Positions 1 through 10,409 of a DNA stretch of 61,990 nt are shown here, piece by piece; the first letter of the stretch is position 1; each line of letters begins with the position of its first letter. The notes under the pieces are model-generated. The model saw only the letters and a program-made list of their open reading frames with translations. It searched no databases and was not told where the DNA came from. A program made the translations under genes and the position numbers. The DNA lies in the IMG/VR virus record IMGVR_UViG_3300042868_003570, positions 1-61,990 of that record. The stretch is one strand, 5' to 3'. This DNA comes from a virus (lineage: Duplodnaviria; Caudoviricetes).

Positions 1-668
1 CGTATCTTTATAGTATTGCATCACAAGCAATTCTTGGGACAGTTGGTTCAGTACCAATAACTTTTAACCCCAACGGCACAGAAAGCGTCCGTATTTCCTC
101 CGATGGCACATTCCGAGTTAAGGGCGCAGGAACTGCTGGCTCAACTGATGCTTTCCAAGTGGCGGGAACTGCGCCAGCGGATGCAGCCCGTATTGACTCC
201 AGCGGGAGGCTTGGTGTTGGTACTACTAGCACAACTGCCGCCCGTACAACTTCTGTTGGCGTTGCAGATGATTACCCTGCTTTTAGAGCCGAGACAGGAG
301 CGACAACAAGCCAACAGCAGATTTCTTTTGTAAATCCGAACGGCGTAGTTGGGACGATTACAACATCAGGCTCCGTCACCGCGTACAACACCACTTCAGA
401 CCAGCGCCTGAAAGAAAACGTCCAAGACGCTGCGCCTGCCTCTGCTCTGATTGATTCTTTGCAAGTGCGTCAATACGATTGGAAGGCTGATGGTAATCAC
501 CAGAGTTACGGCTTTGTTGCCCAAGAACTTGTAACCGTGGCCCCTGAAGCTGTCCACCAACCCGCTGACCCTGACGAAATGATGGCAGTGGACTACTCCA
601 AACTTGTACCCATGCTGGTCAAGGAAATCCAAGACCTTCGCAAACGCCTTGCAGCCGCAGGCATCTAA
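1..668 (+). CDS. Tail fibre, C-terminal part with intramolecular chaperone (peptidase S74-like); 5'-truncated by window edge
   Basis: Frame open from position 3; TTSDQRLKENV autocleavage motif, YGFVAQE, and a C-terminal coiled coil (LVKEIQDLRKRL). Confidence 0.9.
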   Translation, partial: YLYSIASQAILGTVGSVPITFNPNGTESVRISSDGTFRVKGAGTAGSTDAFQVAGTAPADAARIDSSGRLGVGTTSTTAARTTSVGVADDYPAFRAETGATTSQQQISFVNPNGVVGTITTSGSVTAYNTTSDQRLKENVQDAAPASALIDSLQVRQYDWKADGNHQSYGFVAQELVTVAPEAVHQPADPDEMMAVDYSKLVPMLVKEIQDLRKRLAAAGI

Positions 669-685
669 CCTTAAAGGAAATCACC

Positions 686-1021
686 ATGACCACAATCACG
701 ACTTGGCAAATTGAGTGGATGAGCACCACTCCCACCACCGCAACCCCTCCTGAAGTCGTCCTGACCGCAGGCTGGCGCTGTTCTGGCGTTGACGGGCTGT
801 ACTCCGGCACTGTGTACTCCACTTGCTCTTTCCCGATGCCCACGGAAGGCGGCACGTTCACGCCCTACGCCGATTTGACGCAAGATCAGGTCTTGGGCTG
901 GTGCTGGGCCAACGGCGTCAACAAAGACGCTACAGAGGCCGCTGTGCAGGCTCAGATCGACAACCAGATCAACCCGCCCACGATCCAGCCGCCTTTGCCT
1001 TGGATCACTCCTTCGGCATAA
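686..1021 (+). CDS. Tail-fibre-associated/assembly protein
   Basis: RBS AAGGA; FTPYADLTQDQVLGW...PLPW pattern typical of small genes following phage tail fibres. Confidence 0.7.
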   Translation: MTTITTWQIEWMSTTPTTATPPEVVLTAGWRCSGVDGLYSGTVYSTCSFPMPTEGGTFTPYADLTQDQVLGWCWANGVNKDATEAAVQAQIDNQINPPTIQPPLPWITPSA

Positions 1022-1054
1022 TAGCCACTCCTTAACCACCACCCGGAGATACAC

Positions 1055-1234
1055 ATGGACGAGAAGAACATCAACATCGAACTCAAGCTGCCCCTGCCTG
1101 CTGTGAACTACATCATGTCGGTTCTGGCAAAGCAGCCGTTTGAGCAAGTTGCTGATCTGATCCAAGGCATCCGAGAGCAGGCAATGCCGCAGTTGCCCAT
1201 GCCCGAAGTGCCCCAGGCTGAGCAAGTCCAGTAA
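1055..1234 (+). CDS. Small tail-associated hypothetical protein (59 aa, MDEKNINIELKL...)
   Basis: GGAG RBS, ATG 1055, TAA 1232-1234; fills the operon gap; below the ORF track size cut-off. Confidence 0.75.
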   Translation: MDEKNINIELKLPLPAVNYIMSVLAKQPFEQVADLIQGIREQAMPQLPMPEVPQAEQVQ

Positions 1235-1243
1235 GGACGGCGC

Positions 1244-2173
1244 GTGTTTGCCGGATATGCGTTTGCAGAACAGCCCTTTGCCACCTCGGTAGGGTTTTAC
1301 TACAGCGCATTTACGGTAGACACCGCTACCGCCGCTGACGCGGCTTCAGTCCTCGCGGCCTTCCTTGCATCCATCTCAGAGACTGCCGCTGCACAAGATG
1401 CCGCCGCTACCACTGCGGCGTTTCTTTCTTCCGCATCAGACACCGCCACGGCCCAAGACGCAGCCCTTGGCAACACCGTCTACCTCAACTTTACGGTAGA
1501 ACAGGCCACGGCAATCGACGCCGCCTCGGCACTGCCGACCTATGTAACCAACACCGCAGACACCGCCACAGCAGCCGATCAAGCCTCTGCCCTGCCCACG
1601 TACGCAACGCAGGCCCAAGAAAGCGCCACAAGCCAAGACGCCGCCACATCGCTCTCAGTTTTCCTAGCCCTTGCGCAAGACACGGCCACAGGCTCGGATC
1701 AGGCTGACAGCACCCACTTCTTTGGTGTCCTGGCCGACGATGCCGCGTCCATTGCGGATACTGCCGCCTCGAACGTCACGTTCCTTGCTGCCGCCGACGA
1801 AGCCATCACTGCCTTTGATGCGGTCACAGTTAGCGTAAACGTCCCTGTCACTGCCGCTGAATCAGCCACGGCACTGGATGCCACACAAGCCAGCATCATT
1901 GCCCGTGCGTTTGTTTCTGAGTCAGCCATTGCCATTGACGCTACGTCCTTCCGGTACTTGTGGGAGCCCATCAACGACGATCAGTCGCCGGGTTGGACAG
2001 ACGTACTGCCATCCATCACAATAGCGGAAGTTGCAACTTTTGCGGGTGGCACATTTGGGGGCTTCCCGTTTGCGGGCACGTACAGCCGGACATTCACACC
2101 GTACGTCACAGTATGGGTTGAGATAAACAACGACCAGCCACCCGGATGGACCAACATTGATGCACCGTCTTAA
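1244..2173 (+). CDS. Ala/Thr-rich repetitive tail/virion protein
   Basis: About 19-aa repeats (ETATAxDAA); MFAGYAFAEQPFA N-terminus; tail module context. Confidence 0.7.
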   Translation: MFAGYAFAEQPFATSVGFYYSAFTVDTATAADAASVLAAFLASISETAAAQDAAATTAAFLSSASDTATAQDAALGNTVYLNFTVEQATAIDAASALPTYVTNTADTATAADQASALPTYATQAQESATSQDAATSLSVFLALAQDTATGSDQADSTHFFGVLADDAASIADTAASNVTFLAAADEAITAFDAVTVSVNVPVTAAESATALDATQASIIARAFVSESAIAIDATSFRYLWEPINDDQSPGWTDVLPSITIAEVATFAGGTFGGFPFAGTYSRTFTPYVTVWVEINNDQPPGWTNIDAPS

Positions 2174-2191
2174 ATCAGGTAAGGAACCAAA

Positions 2192-4312
2192 ATGCCCACC
2201 TATTCTCCCAGTCTGCGTGTTGAGCTGATTACCTCCGGCGATCAAGCCGGTACGTGGGGCAACACGACCAACAGCAATTTTGAGTACATTTTTGACAGCG
2301 CAATTGCAGGGTATCAGACGGTCAGTGTCACCACGGCAAACCAAGCGCTCACGTACAACTCCGGCCCGACCAGCACTCCCGCGCTGAATCAGTCCATCTA
2401 CGCCATGCTGCGTTTGACCACAACAACGGCGGCGGCGTTTAACGTCTACGCACCGCCTAACCCCAAGCAGTACATCATATGGAACAACAGCGGGTTTGCC
2501 GCAACCATCTACAACTCGTCCGTCATCGGCAACACCACAGCGGCAGGCACGGGCATCACTATTGCCAACAACGACCGCGTAGTGGTCTTTTCTGACGGCA
2601 CTAACTTCTACGACGTTAAGGCCAGCAGCATCACCGGCACCTTGCCAATTGCCAACGGCGGCACCGGGCAGACCACACAACAAGCCGCCATCAACGCCTT
2701 GGTGGGCACACAAGTTGCCAACCGTGTGCTGCGCTCGGACGGAACGAACTCTGCCCTCGGCCAAGTGGCGCTTGCCACAGATGTGACGGGCACACTGCCT
2801 GTGGCCAACGGCGGCACGGGGGTTACATCTTCGACGGGCACAGGCAGTGTTGTCTTAAACAACGCTCCGACGTTGACCGCCCCAAGGTTTGTTGACCAAG
2901 GCTTCATTGCAGATACGGCGGGCAACCGAGTTCTGAATTTCACCACCAATTCAGCGTCTGTAAACTACATCAACATAACCGCTTCTGTATCCGGGCAAAA
3001 CCCAACGGTATCGGCAGTGGGTGCGGGCACCAATATATCCTTGATACTGGCCGCAAAAGGCACGGGCAAAGTTCGCACTAACGCAGACCTTCTCATTGGT
3101 GGGTTTGTTTCTGCCGGTAATGGTACTGGGAGTTTTTCTGCCAACACCATATTTGGTGAATCCGTCCTTAGCAGCAATGTATCTGGAGAATATATTACAG
3201 CAATGGGTACTAACGCCGCCGCCGGTGTTACTACGGCTCAATACCTTACTGCTTTTGGCAATGGCGCTGGGCAAACTATCACTACATCAAATAAGCACTC
3301 GGCTTTTGGATATCGTGCATTGTATTCTATGGCCACGATGGCAGATTCCGGCGACAACTGGAACGGCTGTACGGCGGTTGGTTTTAGGGCGCTGCAAAGC
3401 AATACTGGTAATGCCAGTGTGTCTGATTCTGTGGGTGTTGGTGCAGGGGCGTTGTATTCGTCTACAACGGGCACATTAAACGTGGCTTTGGGTAACGGAG
3501 CTTTGTACTCGGCTACCACCGCCTCCAGTAACGTGGCGGTGGGCTGGAAAGCGCTGTTCCTGCACAACAATACTGATGCGGTTGGCATTGGGTACAACGC
3601 CGCAGCCACCATGGTCAACAGCCCGATTACTGCGGTAGGCTCTGGCGCTGCAGAAGTAGCCACTGGAAGTTCTGTTACTGCCATTGGGTATAGAGCGCTT
3701 CGCCTCAGCACTACAGGCACAGACATTACTGTAGTAGGCTCTGGGGCATTTCAAAACTGTGTTACGGGATGCAACAACAATACGGTCATTGGAGCCAGTG
3801 CCGCAAACAACATGACCTTTGGCCTCAGCAATACGTATGTGGGCGCTGCTGTTGTAGCCAGCACGGCATCATCTACATCCAACGAGATTGCAATCGGCGC
3901 TTCCGTTACTGGCAAGGGTTCCAACACTGCGTTCATCGGCGGCACCAGCGGCGCGTACAACGGCAAGAATGTGACCACCTGGGAAACCACCTCCGACGAG
4001 CGTATCAAGCGCAACATTGTGGACTCCCCCAAAGGTCTTGCGGAGATCAACCAGCTCCGCGTGCGCAACTTCCAATACAAGGAAGAGGCCGATATGCCAA
4101 AAACTGAAGACGGCGCACCCGTAGTTGTCGGCCTGGACCCCAACAAGCAAGTTACCGGGTTCATTGCGCAAGAAATTCAACCAATTTTCCCTGAAGCCGT
4201 GGCAACGCACGCGCACGATATCTTGTCGGTTTCCGCTGATCCGGTGCTCTATGCAATGGTCAAAGCAATCCAAGAACTCACAGCGCGGCTTGAGGCGCTG
4301 GAAGCCAAGTAA
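2192..4312 (+). CDS. Tail fibre/spike with YadA-head-like repeats and C-terminal S74 chaperone
   Basis: GTLPIANGGTG repeats, NxAxGxxAL repeats, TSDERIKRNI motif, GFIAQE, KAIQEL. Confidence 0.9.
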   Translation: MPTYSPSLRVELITSGDQAGTWGNTTNSNFEYIFDSAIAGYQTVSVTTANQALTYNSGPTSTPALNQSIYAMLRLTTTTAAAFNVYAPPNPKQYIIWNNSGFAATIYNSSVIGNTTAAGTGITIANNDRVVVFSDGTNFYDVKASSITGTLPIANGGTGQTTQQAAINALVGTQVANRVLRSDGTNSALGQVALATDVTGTLPVANGGTGVTSSTGTGSVVLNNAPTLTAPRFVDQGFIADTAGNRVLNFTTNSASVNYINITASVSGQNPTVSAVGAGTNISLILAAKGTGKVRTNADLLIGGFVSAGNGTGSFSANTIFGESVLSSNVSGEYITAMGTNAAAGVTTAQYLTAFGNGAGQTITTSNKHSAFGYRALYSMATMADSGDNWNGCTAVGFRALQSNTGNASVSDSVGVGAGALYSSTTGTLNVALGNGALYSATTASSNVAVGWKALFLHNNTDAVGIGYNAAATMVNSPITAVGSGAAEVATGSSVTAIGYRALRLSTTGTDITVVGSGAFQNCVTGCNNNTVIGASAANNMTFGLSNTYVGAAVVASTASSTSNEIAIGASVTGKGSNTAFIGGTSGAYNGKNVTTWETTSDERIKRNIVDSPKGLAEINQLRVRNFQYKEEADMPKTEDGAPVVVGLDPNKQVTGFIAQEIQPIFPEAVATHAHDILSVSADPVLYAMVKAIQELTARLEALEAK

Positions 4313-4323
4313 AGGAGCACATC

Positions 4324-4779
4324 ATGGCTGATCTCACCAAAGCCATCGGCGCAGTTGCTGCCAGTGTTGCCGCACTGGGCGGCAGTTACACCTTAGCCGA
4401 TAAATTTGGCTGGTTTGACCGTGCAATCATCGAATGGTCGCCTGAGAACTTCAAGATCACGGCTGAAGCTGGCAAACCGATCAACGTCACCGTTGCGCGA
4501 ATTAAAAAACGCGACGATTGCTCTGTTGAGAGCTTCACCCCAAGCATCCGAGACGCAGCAGGAATGGTTCATGCGGCCACAACAACTGCCAGTAAGTTTA
4601 GCGGCCCAGCAGGGCCAGAAGTTGACACCTTCACCTACCAATTGACCATGGTTCAGAAAGAGAAGATTGCTGCGGGTACGGCAACATTGCTTGCAACGAT
4701 CAAGTACAAGTGCCCGGAGGGTGAGCGCGTGGTTCAGTACCCGCGCCACCCCAACCTTAGTTTTGACCTGAAGGGGTAA
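4324..4779 (+). CDS. Membrane-anchored hypothetical protein (lysis-module neighbour)
   Basis: N-terminal hydrophobic helix, two Cys, AAGGAG RBS. Confidence 0.6.
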   Translation: MADLTKAIGAVAASVAALGGSYTLADKFGWFDRAIIEWSPENFKITAEAGKPINVTVARIKKRDDCSVESFTPSIRDAAGMVHAATTTASKFSGPAGPEVDTFTYQLTMVQKEKIAAGTATLLATIKYKCPEGERVVQYPRHPNLSFDLKG

Positions 4780-4781
4780 GC

Positions 4782-5273
4782 ATGGACTGGCTTAAACAAA
4801 TTGCACCCACCATCGCCACGGCACTTGGTGGGCCGCTTGCTGGCATGGCCGTGTCAGCTATCTCCAAAGCCATCGGCGTGGATGAAAACAAAGTCCAAGA
4901 CATGATCTCCAGCAACAAGCTGTCAGCCGATCAGATAGCTCAGGTCAAGCTGGCCGAGATTGAGTTGCAAAAGCAGGCGCAAGAGCTTGGCTTGAACTTT
5001 GAGAAACTGGAAGTTGAGGATCGCAAAAGCGCCAGGGAGATGCAGGCTACCACGCGCTCCATGATGCCCCCCATCTTGGCTGGCGCAGTCACGCTGGGCT
5101 TCTTCGGCATCATGGTGATGATGTTCTTCAACCAGATCGACAGCAGCAATCCGGCCATCCTGATGATGTTGGGCAGCTTGGGCACGGCGTGGACAGGCAT
5201 CATCGCCTACTACTTCGGCTCGTCTGCTGGCTCCCAAGCCAAGACTGATCTGTTATCAAAGGCTGCAAAATGA
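4782..5273 (+). CDS. Holin-like membrane protein (GTA-type 3TM holin family)
   Basis: DRKSAREM motif, two C-terminal TM helices, YYFGSS motif, directly before the endolysin. Confidence 0.75.
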   Translation: MDWLKQIAPTIATALGGPLAGMAVSAISKAIGVDENKVQDMISSNKLSADQIAQVKLAEIELQKQAQELGLNFEKLEVEDRKSAREMQATTRSMMPPILAGAVTLGFFGIMVMMFFNQIDSSNPAILMMLGSLGTAWTGIIAYYFGSSAGSQAKTDLLSKAAK

Positions 5274-5779
5274 AGCACAATTGGGAAGAAGCCCTGGCGC
5301 ACATCCTCAAGTACGAGGGCGGTTACGTCAACCATCCGTCTGACCCAGGCGGCATGACCAATCTAGGAGTGACAAAGCGTGTATGGGAAGAATGGACTGG
5401 CAAGCCTGCCACTGAAGCCGACATGCGTGCGCTCACACCTGCAATGGTTGGCCCGCTCTACAAGAAGCGCTACTGGGATGCTGTTCGCGGGGACGATCTA
5501 CCTAGTGGGGTTGATCTGTGCGTGTTCGATGCTTCTGTCAATGCTGGCGTTGGTCGCGCTAGTAAATTTCTTCAGCAAGCTGTTGGAGTGACCGCTGACG
5601 GGCAGATCGGACCCAAGACGATAAGTGCCGTGACAGCCAAGCCCGCAGATGAAATAATCGAGGCGTTTTGCGCTTTGCGCGAAGCCCACTACAAGAGCTT
5701 GAGCACCTTTGATACGTTTGGCAAAGGCTGGATGCGAAGGCTTGCAAGCGTCAAAGCTGAGTCAACAGACATGGCGTAA
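5270..5779 (+). CDS. Endolysin, glycoside hydrolase 108 with PG-binding domain
   Basis: EGGYVNHPSDPGGMTNLGVT catalytic motif; DGQIGPKT; FGKGWMRR. Confidence 0.92.
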   Translation: MKHNWEEALAHILKYEGGYVNHPSDPGGMTNLGVTKRVWEEWTGKPATEADMRALTPAMVGPLYKKRYWDAVRGDDLPSGVDLCVFDASVNAGVGRASKFLQQAVGVTADGQIGPKTISAVTAKPADEIIEAFCALREAHYKSLSTFDTFGKGWMRRLASVKAESTDMA

Positions 5780-5787
5780 GGTCCACA

Positions 5788-8010
5788 ATGCCGCTTCAAA
5801 AACTTCAACTGCGTCCCGGTGTCAACCGCGAATCGACCACGCTTGCCAACGAGGGTACGTGGTTTGAGATGGACAAGGTGCGGTTTCGCTCGGGCTATCC
5901 TGAAAAGTTGGGGGGCTGGGTTAAAGACAGCGGCCCCAACACATCCACGCTGCAGCCCAGCACAGGCACGCTGTGGGGAGTGTGCCGTTCCCTGTGGAAC
6001 TGGCTGAACCTTGTTGGTTTTAACTTGTTGGGGCTTGGCACCAACTTGAAATACTACATCCAAAACGGCACGGGCGGCGGCTTCTACGATATCACCCCGA
6101 TCAGAGACACGGCCACTGCGGTGGCCAATGCGTTTACAACCAACACCGCAACAAACACTGGCACGCAGACGACACTGGTCATTAACGATCCCGGACATGG
6201 CGCTCAGACCGGCGACTTTGTGACTATCTCGGCTACCTCTGGCCCAGTTAACGGCGTCCTTGCGGCCAACATAAACGGCGAGTACCGGATCACGTACCTG
6301 ACAACAGGCACCTACTCCATAGTTGTAATAGGCACAGCTTCGAGCAGCGGCACGCCAGCGGTCAGCGCTACGTTTGCCTACCAGATTACTACGGGCAGCG
6401 CGGTGTACACCGCAAACGTCGGTTGGGGCGCGGGGGGCTGGGGCGGCTCTTCTGGCCCGAGCGCTATAACCACAATAAACGGCGGCACCGCTGTTACTTC
6501 GAGTTCTACAACCCCTATCACTGTGGTGTCTACAACGGGCTTTGCTGCCAGCGGGACAATTTATATTGACACTGAAGGTATTTCATATACCGCAGTAACG
6601 GCAACCACATTTCAGGGCACCATAACGCGTGGTGTATCCGGCACTACTGCGGCTGCACACGCAAACGGTGCCAGTATTTATCAATATCCTTCGTCAGCTA
6701 CCGGGTGGGGTATAGCCGCTCCAACAGGTCTTGGTATCGGCCAACAGCTTCGTTTGTGGAGCGAGGCCAACTTTGGCCAGAACTTGGTGCTCAACCCACG
6801 AGGGGGTGCGTTGTACTATTGGGTGGTTGATAATACGCCAACGGTGTTTAATCGAGCGCAGGTGTTAAGTTCCACTAACACTAACACCCAAAACGGAATC
6901 CAGTACTGGCTAGCAGACGCTTACTGCCCCACCATATGCAACTTTGTGATGGTCTCTGATGCATCGCGGTTTGTCATTGCGTTTGGCTGCAACGTGCAGG
7001 GCTCAACAACACTTGACCCACTGCTTATCCGCTGGTCTGACGCAGAAGACATACTTGAGTGGGAGCCACTGGAGACCAACGACGCCGGGTTCTACCGGCT
7101 AAGCAACGGCTCCACAATTGTTGGTGCTATGCAGGCGCGGCAGGAAATATTAATCTGGACTGACGCAGCGCTGTACGCCATGCAGTTCGTTGGGCCACCG
7201 GATGCTTGGGGCTTTCAAATTCTGGCGGATAACATCTCGATTGCCGGTCCCAACGCCATGACATCTGCGGCCAACGTCACGTACTGGCTTGGCTTAGATA
7301 AGTTCTACATGTACTCAGGCCGCGTGGAAACGCTGTACTGCCCGCTTCGCCAGTACATTTTTGGCGATATCAACTTGCAGCAGCAGTACCAGTTTTTTGC
7401 AGGGACCAACGAAGGCTTCAACGAGATTTGGTGGTTCTACTGCTCGGCCAACTCTACCGTGATTGACCGCTACGTCATCTACAACCACTTGGAGCGCATT
7501 TGGTCGTACGGCAACTTAGGCCGCACAGCGTGGCTTGACACACCGCTGCGCAACTTTCCGTCAGCTACGGGAGAAACAGACACCAACGCCATACTGGTCT
7601 ACCACGAGAACGGCGTCAATGACGCGTCGGTGGACCCACCCGTGCCAATCAGCGCGTACATTCAGTCAGCGGACTTTGACATAGGTGACGGCCACAACTA
7701 CGGGTTTGCTTGGCGCATGATCCCGGACATCACGTTTGACGGCTCTACCGTCAACAACCCGCAGGTCACGTTCACGTTGCGTCCACGGCAGAACCCTGGT
7801 GCCAACTACAACACGGCAGATACGCCCACAGTGACCAGCGCCCAGAACTACCAAGGCCAGCGCAACTACACGGTGCAGCAGTTCACCCAGATTGTCTACA
7901 CCCGCATCCGTGGCAGGCAGATGGCGTTCAAAATTAGCTCGGACGGGCTGGGTGTGCAGTGGCAGTTGGGCGTGCCCTCGCTCGATGTGCGTCCTGATGG
8001 TCGTAGGTAA
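5788..8010 (+). CDS. Tail nozzle/DNA-stabilisation protein (P22 gp10-like beta-propeller) with inserted beta domains
   Basis: 740 aa; IRWSD motif; C-terminal RIRGRQMAFKI...DVRPDGRR; lies before the ejection proteins. Confidence 0.75.
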   Translation: MPLQKLQLRPGVNRESTTLANEGTWFEMDKVRFRSGYPEKLGGWVKDSGPNTSTLQPSTGTLWGVCRSLWNWLNLVGFNLLGLGTNLKYYIQNGTGGGFYDITPIRDTATAVANAFTTNTATNTGTQTTLVINDPGHGAQTGDFVTISATSGPVNGVLAANINGEYRITYLTTGTYSIVVIGTASSSGTPAVSATFAYQITTGSAVYTANVGWGAGGWGGSSGPSAITTINGGTAVTSSSTTPITVVSTTGFAASGTIYIDTEGISYTAVTATTFQGTITRGVSGTTAAAHANGASIYQYPSSATGWGIAAPTGLGIGQQLRLWSEANFGQNLVLNPRGGALYYWVVDNTPTVFNRAQVLSSTNTNTQNGIQYWLADAYCPTICNFVMVSDASRFVIAFGCNVQGSTTLDPLLIRWSDAEDILEWEPLETNDAGFYRLSNGSTIVGAMQARQEILIWTDAALYAMQFVGPPDAWGFQILADNISIAGPNAMTSAANVTYWLGLDKFYMYSGRVETLYCPLRQYIFGDINLQQQYQFFAGTNEGFNEIWWFYCSANSTVIDRYVIYNHLERIWSYGNLGRTAWLDTPLRNFPSATGETDTNAILVYHENGVNDASVDPPVPISAYIQSADFDIGDGHNYGFAWRMIPDITFDGSTVNNPQVTFTLRPRQNPGANYNTADTPTVTSAQNYQGQRNYTVQQFTQIVYTRIRGRQMAFKISSDGLGVQWQLGVPSLDVRPDGRR

Positions 8011-8018
8011 AAACCCGT

Positions 8019-8366
8019 ATGACACTGATCGTCACCTCTACCGCTGCGCTCACACGCGTTACGGCACCGCGCTTGCCTGCGGCTCCCACGGAGTACGAGT
8101 CGCGGTACCAGAACCAGTTTGCGGATACCCTACGCCTGTACTTTAATCAACTCGACAACACACTGCGCCAGTTTGGCGTGTCCAGTATTGTTCCGGCAGT
8201 AACGAACTTCACCGTAGCTGCGCTACCCAGTGCGGTTACATCAGGCGCGGGGGCAAGGGCTTTTGTGACCGACGCTTTGACACCCGTCTTTGGTGCTACG
8301 GTTGTTGGGGGCGGCGCTGTCTTCACGCCTGTGTACTCTGACGGGACCGACTGGAAAGTTGGCTAA
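8019..8366 (+). CDS. Tail-associated protein
   Basis: LRLYFNQLD coiled segment; C-terminal PVYSDGTDWKVG fibre-like motif. Confidence 0.6.
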   Translation: MTLIVTSTAALTRVTAPRLPAAPTEYESRYQNQFADTLRLYFNQLDNTLRQFGVSSIVPAVTNFTVAALPSAVTSGAGARAFVTDALTPVFGATVVGGGAVFTPVYSDGTDWKVG

Positions 8367-8415
8367 AAAACACCCCCATGATAGACTTGACCAACCCCTT
8401 CTTTGTGAGGCACCA

Positions 8416-9999
8416 ATGAGCCTTCAGCAACTAGCCGCACAGCGCATGGCAGCGCAAGGACGCGGCCCAGATTCACAGCTTGTCCACATGTCTCCCCGAG
8501 AAGTCGAGGGGCTGCAAGCGCTAGCTATGGCCGCTGGCGGATCACTGAGCATCAACCCCCAAACGGGCCTGCCTGAAGCGGGCTTCTTGGATAAGATGCT
8601 GCCGCTTTTGATTGGTGCTGGTATCACCGCCGCTACTGGCGGCGCTGCAACGCCCATGATGGTCGGTCTCGGCATGGGTGGCTTTGAAGCTGCTCGCACG
8701 GGCAGTTTGCAAAAAGGCTTGATGGCGGGCCTTGGCGCATACGGTGGCGCGGGGCTTGGTGCCGGTCTGATGGGTGCAGGCGCGGAAACGCTTGGCGCAA
8801 CCGCCAACGCAATGGGTGTCCCCGCAGCGACAGGGGCGGGATCGCAGGCAGCGATGCTAGCCGCACAGAACCAAGGTTTTGGTCAAGCCGGTTTAGAAGC
8901 CCTTGGGCAAAGCGCCGCTACAGCGCCGGGCGCATTTACCGACTTTGTAAAAACGCCTGTGCAGTCCATGACTTCTGGCGCAATGGGGTTGACAGAAGCT
9001 CCGGGGCGCACAGCGTTCATGAACGCGATTGGTGGGGGCAAAGAAGCGCTTAAATTTGGGGCAGCCGCCGCAGCGCCTATGCTGCTGGATCAGCCCAAGT
9101 TCACCCCACCCGCTCCTGACACGGAGCGCTACAACTACTCGTTTGATCCCGGACGCGTGGAAGACCCCGAAGCTGGGTATACCGGCCCGGTCAGTGGGCA
9201 GCGCAACTTTTTCAATCCAATTTTTAAACGCCAGTACGCCGAAGGCGGTCCCGTCGAGCAGATGTCGGAAAATAACATTTTTGATATGCAAAACGCCCGT
9301 GGCGGCGTCTCGGACATGGGCATCGACAGCTACACAGGCATGGAGCGCATGGCCGAAGGCGGCACTACGGACGAAAACAGGTACAGCGGGAACGCATACG
9401 CTTTTGCGCCTGTTGCACAAGCGGCCCCATCTCCGGGCAGGCGCAGGGTTGCGGCAGCACCAGCGCCCGTTGAGGACCCGGTGGCGCGTGGGCCAATGCC
9501 CGTTGAAGACCCGGTGGCGCGTGGGCCAATGCCTGTTGAACAACCCTACGTACCCCCAGTCGCAGCCGGTGAGTACACGTACGAGTACGACCCGGTAACA
9601 CAGACATACATAAATGTTGCGCCGCCTCCTGGCACAGTGCCGCAGCAACCGACAACGGTAGAGCCGGTGTACGAGAGTCTTGCATCTACAGGTTTTGCCG
9701 GTGGCGGCATCACTGACTTGGGCGGCTATTCTGACGGCGGCAGGCTCCTGCGCGGCCCTGGTGATGGCGTGAGTGACTCGATCCCTGCCATGATTGGCCG
9801 TAAGCAACCTGCCCGTCTCGCAGATGGTGAGTTTGTTGTGCCTGCCCGCATCGTCTCTGAGCTGGGCAACGGCTCGACCGAGGCTGGCGCTCGCAAGCTC
9901 TACGCCATGATGGACCGCGTGCAAAAAGCACGGCGCAAAACCGTGGGCAAGGGCAAAGTAGCCAACAACCCCCGCGCTGACAAGTACCTCCCTGCCTAA
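8416..9999 (+). CDS. Internal virion (ejection) protein
   Basis: Start reassigned to ATG 8416 after GAGG; GRGPDSQLVH...INPQTGLPEA, GPGDGVSDSIPA...ARLADGEFVVPA motifs; hydrophobic Gly-rich segment. Confidence 0.7.
   Translation: MSLQQLAAQRMAAQGRGPDSQLVHMSPREVEGLQALAMAAGGSLSINPQTGLPEAGFLDKMLPLLIGAGITAATGGAATPMMVGLGMGGFEAARTGSLQKGLMAGLGAYGGAGLGAGLMGAGAETLGATANAMGVPAATGAGSQAAMLAAQNQGFGQAGLEALGQSAATAPGAFTDFVKTPVQSMTSGAMGLTEAPGRTAFMNAIGGGKEALKFGAAAAAPMLLDQPKFTPPAPDTERYNYSFDPGRVEDPEAGYTGPVSGQRNFFNPIFKRQYAEGGPVEQMSENNIFDMQNARGGVSDMGIDSYTGMERMAEGGTTDENRYSGNAYAFAPVAQAAPSPGRRRVAAAPAPVEDPVARGPMPVEDPVARGPMPVEQPYVPPVAAGEYTYEYDPVTQTYINVAPPPGTVPQQPTTVEPVYESLASTGFAGGGITDLGGYSDGGRLLRGPGDGVSDSIPAMIGRKQPARLADGEFVVPARIVSELGNGSTEAGARKLYAMMDRVQKARRKTVGKGKVANNPRADKYLPA
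9465..9540 (+). repeat. 33-bp tandem repeat x2.3 (PVEDPVARGPM)
   Basis: Copies start at 9465, 9498 and 9531 (partial). Confidence 0.9.
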
Positions 10000-10001
10000 A
10001 C

Positions 10002-10409
10002 ATGCCTCTGTACCACATCACCCCCAACCAGTTGCCACAGGTTTGGCCCGTTGCCGCGCCGTTGCTGCAAAAAGCCATTGATCTTGACCCCAGCGCAATA
10101 ACGATTGAGCAAGTTGAGTACGCCGTGCGTACGGGCAAGACGTTTTTGCTGGTGTGGGAAGAGCCCGATGTGGGCGTCACGGGCGCGGTGACAGTGGAGT
10201 TTGTGGATTACCCACGAGAGCGCGTTGCACATGTCAATCTTATGGGCGGCAAGAGCATCGTCAGGACCCATGTTTTTGCAGAAGCTATGGACTGGATGCG
10301 GGCGTATGGCGCGACGAAAGCGCAGTGCTGGGCCAGAGGCACGCTCGTGCAGATGTATGAAAAGATGGGCATGGAAAACACCCATCAAGTGATGAGGATT
10401 ACGCTATGA
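10002..10409 (+). CDS. GNAT-like protein in the ejection-protein module
   Basis: 135 aa alpha/beta; C-terminal ...LVQMYEKMG resembles the end of GNAT folds; position among ejection genes. Confidence 0.5.
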   Translation: MPLYHITPNQLPQVWPVAAPLLQKAIDLDPSAITIEQVEYAVRTGKTFLLVWEEPDVGVTGAVTVEFVDYPRERVAHVNLMGGKSIVRTHVFAEAMDWMRAYGATKAQCWARGTLVQMYEKMGMENTHQVMRITL

